NCBI GenBank assembly: GCA_020184695.1
Contig: JAANOX010000219.1
Location: 1-35,034, forward strand
Source: Histomonas meleagridis 2922-C6/04-290x
Taxonomy: Eukaryota; Protista; Parabasalia
DNA: 35,034 bases
Direction: 5' to 3'
Position numbers and translations under genes: made by a program. Positions 28,414 through 35,034 of this stretch are shown here, piece after piece (the stretch's first letter is position 1; each line of letters begins with the position of its first letter). Below the pieces are notes generated by a model. It was given only the letters and a program-made list of their open reading frames with translations, was not told where the DNA came from and did no database searches.

Positions 28414-29566
28414 TATATATCAGCAAAAACCATTCATAATAAAGATTATTAAATCAATTATACCATTTTCTTCCTGTTCCCATATGATAATCTTACTAAC
28501 TAATCTCAAATAATTTTAATTTATCTTTAAAAATATTTAAAATTAAATCAGTAAAATTAACACTTGATAACGTTATTTATATTGCTCCCACCATCCAAGC
28601 AGAAATTATGGAACAATCGATAGATAATAGTTACAAATAACCTACGAGAAAACATTAGTAGCAATCCTGTGAAAAAATTATTAATTTTTTGGTAGCAACA
28701 GAAATATGCTTTCTATTTAAATACAAGTTAACTACTTTAATTAGTATAACCCTTAAATGGGATAAATGAAGCTGCTGGATTAAGCTTACTTTGAGCAGAA
28801 TAACGAAGCACTGGAAGTTTAAATATATCACAGAAGTTAAAAAATGTAATTCTAATTTCTATTAATATAAATTCTTTAGGAAAATATATTTGTCAATTTT
28901 AATAAAATGAGTATTGTTACTAAACTTTTATATTTATTGTATAATGACAATAATTTTAACATATTAGAGTCATCAAAGAAATAATAGAAGGGACGACAAT
29001 GATTTCCTATAAACAAAATCCTTAGTAATTCTACAAATAAATTCTCAGTATATCGATTAATTCAATGGGAATTTTATCTCATTTATATATCGACTTGATA
29101 ATGTTCATTATTTATTTCGAGTTTTTTCATTAATCACTGGTAAACATATTACAGATGACTTCTTTGAAAGTCCAAAAATATGTTTAACAATGAACTTAGA
29201 TGCGATTAATAGATGTCATTGGATTATTACGATGCAAGAAAGTAATCGATTAGAAATCCAACGATATTATTTCGCGGGTAGTTATGATAATCGTTTATTT
29301 GATTTCTAATGAATCATTTAAAAAGAGTTCGAAAGAATTCCAAAAATTTGTTTGTAATATGAATAAAATTATTATACATTATACTGGCTCAAATGTTATT
29401 CCCAAATATTATTTAACAGAAAACCTCGAATTAATTATATAATTTTCTCGATTTTTATACCGAAATTATTATTAACAAAAGAATGAATCATTATATAATA
29501 TAATAATATTTTTTTAATTAATTCTAATTTACGTCGTTTTAAATCTAATCAAAATATTAGAGACTT

Positions 29567-31177
29567 ATGTTTAAAAAAATAATTCCAAATTTACCACATT
29601 CTTATGCAACATTTTTTTATATTTTTAATAACTTACATATTATGTTATATGAATGTAAAAATGAATCAATTGAAATATTAATAACATTATTACATAAAAC
29701 AAAAAGTCAAAAAATCCTTTCATTTATATATAGTAAACTTGAATCATGTCAAAACTTAGCTTATATACAATTTGATTTACCAAATAAAATATCAGAAATG
29801 TTACCACAAAACACAATTTCTTCATCATTAATACCAAATGAAAACAAATCAATATTATTAATTCATCAAAGAGTATTAATATCAACGGTATCTATATATT
29901 TACGTGATAATAATTTAGATGAAGTAAATTTCGATGATAAATCACTTAATGATATTAATAATCCTTTAGGTTGTTTAACTATGTATTGTAAAATCCTTTC
30001 ATATAAATTTAACTTTAGTATACTCTTAGCTAAAACTGCAGATGAAATCGAAAAATCATTTATCTTATTATTAATTGATAATTTTATGTGTTTATTAACA
30101 TCATTATCTTCATATCATATAATTGCACGTATATTGACTGATATATTCTCTGATTTGTTATCTAAAATTTATGGTTTTATATCTAATAAATCATTAGAAA
30201 TTACAGACGATTCTGATTTATCATCAATTGTTCGATTATTTTTATTTGTTTATGGTAAATTTGCTGCAACTTTATTACAAGGAACAAAATTATCTAATTT
30301 TGAAAAAGAATTTTCTCATTTAATATCATTAAATCTTGATAATAATAATCAAAAAGATTTATTTAATACAGATATTAATTGTTTTAGTGAAATTTTGAAT
30401 AATTTCTTAGGCGAAAAAGGTGATATATATGTTATGTCTCATATATATAAGAATTATAAGCCTTCAATGAAAAAAAAAACTTATCAAATGATATTAAATT
30501 ATTAGATAGAGTTTGTTTAGCAGCGTTTTTGTAAGCATCAAGATTTATTTAATGAATTAATCGAACGAAATGAAACATTTTCAGTAAAACTTAAATCAGT
30601 ATTAGAACAAATGATTCGAGTTAGAAATATATATCGATCACAAAAACAATCAGGTAAAGAATCATTAATATATAAGAAATGTCATTTATTACTTCGATTA
30701 AATAAAGATATTACATTAACTCCGAAACAAATGGGCGATTTTGCTTGTTCTAAAGAATCAATTGAAGAAATCATTTCATTAATTAATCAACAAAAATCTC
30801 GAAGTCGATTAACATTAATTGGGTTTGAACTTATTGATAATGTTTTAGCATATGAATCATCTTCGATTTTCATAGAAATTTTTGCTTATACTTTATCCAA
30901 AATTCAAAATTTTGAAGGTTTATCAACAGTAATGCAAATTACTAATATAAATAATGAAGAAATTATATCGAAACTTTTTGGTTCAAGAATATTAAAAATT
31001 ATATTAAATAATCCTAAATCGAAACTTAGTTTAGTCGCTTATCGATTTTTTAGAGATACAAATCAACTACAAAACTTAAAAGAAACATTTTTAAACAAAG
31101 TTTTAGAGAAAAATATTGAAACACATGACTTAACATTATTTGCTTTATCATTATCATTAATACAATATATAATATAA
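29567..31177 (+). pseudogene. Decayed, very AT-rich gene for a helical (ARM/HEAT-like) protein
   Basis: Two co-linear ORFs (312 and 188 aa) with similar Leu/Ile-rich helical composition, separated by a frameshift and stops; coding-like broken sequence continues upstream to about 28900. Confidence 0.45.
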
Positions 31178-31289
31178 TATTAGTACCTTCTTTATAAAAT
31201 TTGATATTTTTGATATTATATCGTAACATTATACCAAAAATTATTATTTATATATTTAAATGTACGATAAGAATATCTAATGTTTATTT

Positions 31290-33259
31290 TTGACGTTAAA
31301 AGAAAGTTGTTCAATGAAACCAACATGTACAAGGGGTTTTAAGCCAAGAAAAAATGATCTCCAAGATTCAACTGATGCTCAACTCCGATATCAAGTTTTA
31401 CGTTTACAAGAAGAGATCAAAAATTTAAAAACTTCATTTAATTTACATTCATTTAAATATAAGCAATTATATGAAGAAAACAAAAAATTAAAAAAAAAAA
31501 AAATTGAGTCTTTACATACCAGAAGTGAGCTTTTGCATAGTATAGAAAATAACTGTTTTCTAAAAATGCATGTTAATGATCTCTTAACAAAGAGACACAA
31601 CAAAAAAGCTATACCTGATTATATATGTCTGTCTAATATGGGACAGTCTTTATGGATGTCAATGGAGTTCAATTTAGTATTCCCTTGTTGGAGAACAATT
31701 CAACGTTGGAAGAATGAAGAATATAAAAGGTTAAATATTACAAAAGAGGTATTTGATGGAAGTATTGAACATATAGATCATCTTTTGTAAGTGTTTTTAA
31801 ATGAGAATCATTCCCAAAATAACCATGATGTTATTCTAGCAGTTGACGCAGCTGGTATATCATTAAATGTTATTATACATTAAGATGGATTTATTGAAGG
31901 TTTAATGGAGGAATGTTATATTGACAGATATATAGCTGCTTATTTGAGATCATCTTCAGAGGCATTATTATCATTTATAGATGAAAACAAACAAAAATAT
32001 TATTAACGATAATTTCGTCTATTATATATGTCCAATATCTTTAAAAAATGGTGGTTTCCCTTAATGTATAAAATCAAAATAAAATGGTTCATCTAACAAT
32101 GAAATTGTATCTCAATTAGAATTAATTGCAATTTTACTTGGTGGCTTGGGTATAAATGTTGTTGGCATTTCATTTGACGGAGATACTGGTTATTTAGAGT
32201 TTGTTAAATCAATTTGTGATAAATTTCAAAATTTTAATATTTCTTGTTCTTTACCAAATTTAATCAGTGATTTAAACATGCCTCTCGTTTTTGAAGATAT
32301 GCTCCATCTTGTAAAATGCATGAGGTATAGAATCGTATGTGGAAGTTCAATTTGTGTTTTACCTGATAGAGATTTGGTGATTAACAAAAAGGATTATATT
32401 GATGTTGGCATCCTAGAATTTATTTTGGATGGAAGTCATAGTAAAAAGATGGACGATATGCTACCAATAATGTTATTTACCGATAATAATATTTTTAAAG
32501 CATTTGAAACCGATAAATTAGTGTTAATATCACTTATTCCTGCAACATTACTTATTAAGTCTGTTATGGATAAAAATTTATATAGAACTCGAAGAATTGA
32601 ATGTTTGTCATAATTTTGGGCGTTGATGTATCTTAATAAAGAAACTTATAATATAGAAATACGAGATCGAAAACAAACACGCTCAATGTCAGAAGGAAAA
32701 AATCCTTACATGTGTATATACAAATACTATCGATAAAGTGATGTCACTCGTATATTCTTTATCAAATATTCTGTATCAAAACAAAGATATTCATCTTGGT
32801 GCTTGTGGTACTCATTGGCTTGAACATTTTTTTGGCCAAGTTAGGAGGTTGTGTCATTACAATCATAGTGCAACATATTTTATGGAATGTTGCCAACAAG
32901 TAATGTATAAAAAAATATGCATACCAAATAAAGACATATAAATATCTAAAAGATTTTCAGATAGTGATGCATTCCTTAGTGAAGGTGAAATAATTTAACA
33001 TTTTGAAATTTCTAAATACATCAAGGAAGCTTCAACAATTCTTGTATTAAATCAAAGTTTAATTTCAGCTAAAATGAAAACATTATTTTCTGAAATTAAT
33101 GAGAAATTTTCCGATGAAATTTCTCTTAATGACATTATATATAAGTATTTTCAAATAAGTACTGATAAAAAATGGGTATCAATAAGAAATTCAAGAATTG
33201 TATCATCAACTGGATATGCTACCATTAGAAGAAATGTTGAATCTTCCCAACAAGTTTAG
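31290..33259 (+). mobile_element. Degenerate P-element/THAP9-like transposase
   Basis: Co-linear fragments carry a coiled coil, LVFPCWRTIQRWK, VILAVDAAG, GINVVGISFDGD, FEDMLHLVKCMRYR and LGACGTHWLEHFFGQVR, matching in order the P-superfamily motifs (LPSxxT, catalytic D, second D, DxxHLxK, LExxFGxxR). Multiple stops and frameshifts. Confidence 0.75.
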
Positions 33260-34227
33260 TAAATTTTTTTTATTGTCACTTTTTAGAATTTTAAACTGAT
33301 TCGCCGTCCGACCAAATATATTCAAATAATAATATCTAAAAACGTTACGATACGATTTTTCTAATTTCAAGATATTTGATTGAATTCATTATATAGACAA
33401 TGAATATATGATATTATAGAATTTTGTCTAGCCGTTTTTTAGAAATTATCAATTTTCTGATTTTTCCAACTTTTAGAATGTTGTAACGCGTAAACCATTT
33501 AATATTGAATGTTGTAAAAAATAAATTATTTAATAAAAGAGGTGTTCTTACTCAATATCTGTATGTTAATATGAGATAATATTTCAATTTATATAATTCA
33601 AGACAATATTTTACAAAATATTGTATTTTAAATGATGGCATGTTCTTTATTTAGGCCAATATTCATAAAATAAATTTTGGCGGTTTTTTAAACGGCTTTG
33701 TCGCCCCTTCTGAAATAATAGATATGTAAACAATCATCAGGTAGTTTACATTTAAAAATATTTTTCAGCAATAATACATAAAAAAATGACATATATATTA
33801 AACATTATTTGATTTTGTATAATTTTCTTTTGATATTTATATAAATATTCGTACAGAGACTGCGATGAAAAACATGTAGACCAACACCTTATTATAACCC
33901 ACGTCTACACCGTAGCATTATTCATAGAAAACATATTTAGTAATATATATTTAAAATTTTTTTTCGATTTAATTTTGTAATTTTCGTAATATTCCTATTT
34001 TTCACTCACTTCACTATGGAGAAAGTTAACACTAAAAAAAAAATTTTCTCGATTTTCTTTACATATTTTAATTAATTCATAATTTTGGGACTGAACATAT
34101 GTTAAAATTTCTATTTGCTAGCAAATTTTTTTTAAATTAATGATTTATCTCGAATTTTGTTGTCCATATTATTTATCGATTGAAATAGCTTTAACGGTTT
34201 GCCTTTATCACAAAAGTGACAATTATA

Positions 34228-34482
34228 ATGACAGTTCTGGGATCCACTATCTCTGTAACAAATCTTAACTTCAGAACACCAGTAGACGACATATATCACG
34301 CTTTCAGTCAGATTGGAGAATTAAGTGAGTGCAGACTTATTTTGAGTGAAAGAAATGAATCCAAAGGATTTGCTTTTTTGACATACAAAAGAAGCCGAGA
34401 TGCAAATGAAGCAATCAATAGGATGAATGGGTTCCACATAGATGGAAGAGAAATTAAGGTTGGATGGGCAAACGCAAAATAA
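34228..34482 (+). CDS. Single-RRM RNA-binding protein (SRSF2/CIRBP-like RRM)
   Basis: RNP2 ISVTNL and RNP1 KGFAFLTY, then DANEAINRMNGFHIDGREIKVGWA. ATG 34228 follows AACGGTTT-GCCTTT (M3/M5-like) and AAAAGTGAC. Confidence 0.85.
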   Translation: MTVLGSTISVTNLNFRTPVDDIYHAFSQIGELSECRLILSERNESKGFAFLTYKRSRDANEAINRMNGFHIDGREIKVGWANAK

Positions 34483-35034
34483 ATATACATACATTATTTC
34501 TTAAAATTAAAAATATTTAGCTCTTATTAAAAGACACAAACTTATTTTTTATATAATTAGATCAATCTTCAAGTTTTTCATCTGATTATGATTCGAAAAA
34601 AATTTAGCAATCTGCATAATTACTTTGAAATGTTTTAATATACGGTAATGCTTACTCACTAATAGCAATGTACACATGGTTATAGCTATTATAAAAAATC
34701 AAAATCAAATAAATTGTTAATGTGATACAATTGATTTGAATTCCACCACATTTAATTAAATCTTTTACAAGATTGAAAAGAAAACATTCATATGTTATAT
34801 CTTAGAAGTTTTATCAGATTTTTATTAATTAAAACTCAAAGTTGAGAAATATAATAAATTTAATTATGAAGAAGATTCCCATCAAAGAGCCCTCCGTGCT
34901 CCTTTACTGTTTAGTTTATCTCATAGAATATTTCGTATGAGCTCAGCCAAATGAGACAAACCGTGTATCACAATAATTACATCAAAAGAAATCATCAGGA
35001 GTAAATTGATTTTATGTTCTGACATATATATAAA

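Noticed and set aside
31205-33385. TIRs for the P-like element
   Set aside because: Only a 9-nt inverted match (TATCGTAAC) in AT-rich DNA and no clear TSD.

Overview
AT-rich eukaryotic DNA from a parabasalid (trichomonad, possibly Tritrichomonas). The assignment rests on a GTATGT...ACTAACACATAG spliceosomal intron, very compact intergenic regions with Inr/M3/M5-like elements, and a DUF3447-ankyrin gene. Core genes: RPL14 (cut by the window edge), a TBL1-like LisH-WD40 protein, CYB5D1, an Hsp70-family protein, an intron-containing Rim15/IRE/MAST-like AGC kinase, an LRRC23-like LRR protein, tRNA-Val(CAC), an ING-like PHD protein, a LARP1-type DM15 protein, FHIP/FAM160, a Nup98-like nucleoporin, a thioredoxin, an LRR-PP2C and a single-RRM protein. 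Accessory DNA holds a 1,483-bp pogo-like element (30-bp TIRs, TA TSD) carrying a GC-rich multi-hairpin segment, a 5'-truncated mariner, a decayed P-element/THAP9-like transposase and other relics. The most unusual signal is two ankyrin arrays (about 8.7-9.15 kb and 20.0-20.9 kb, minus strand). In them every 93-nt ankyrin module is interrupted at the same position by a conserved AT-rich spacer, exactly 77 nt in 5 of 7 cases, that breaks the frame and has no in-frame GT-AG solution. This is a candidate non-canonical intron, recoding or cassette system. All family assignments come from motif recognition by eye; no database searches were run.
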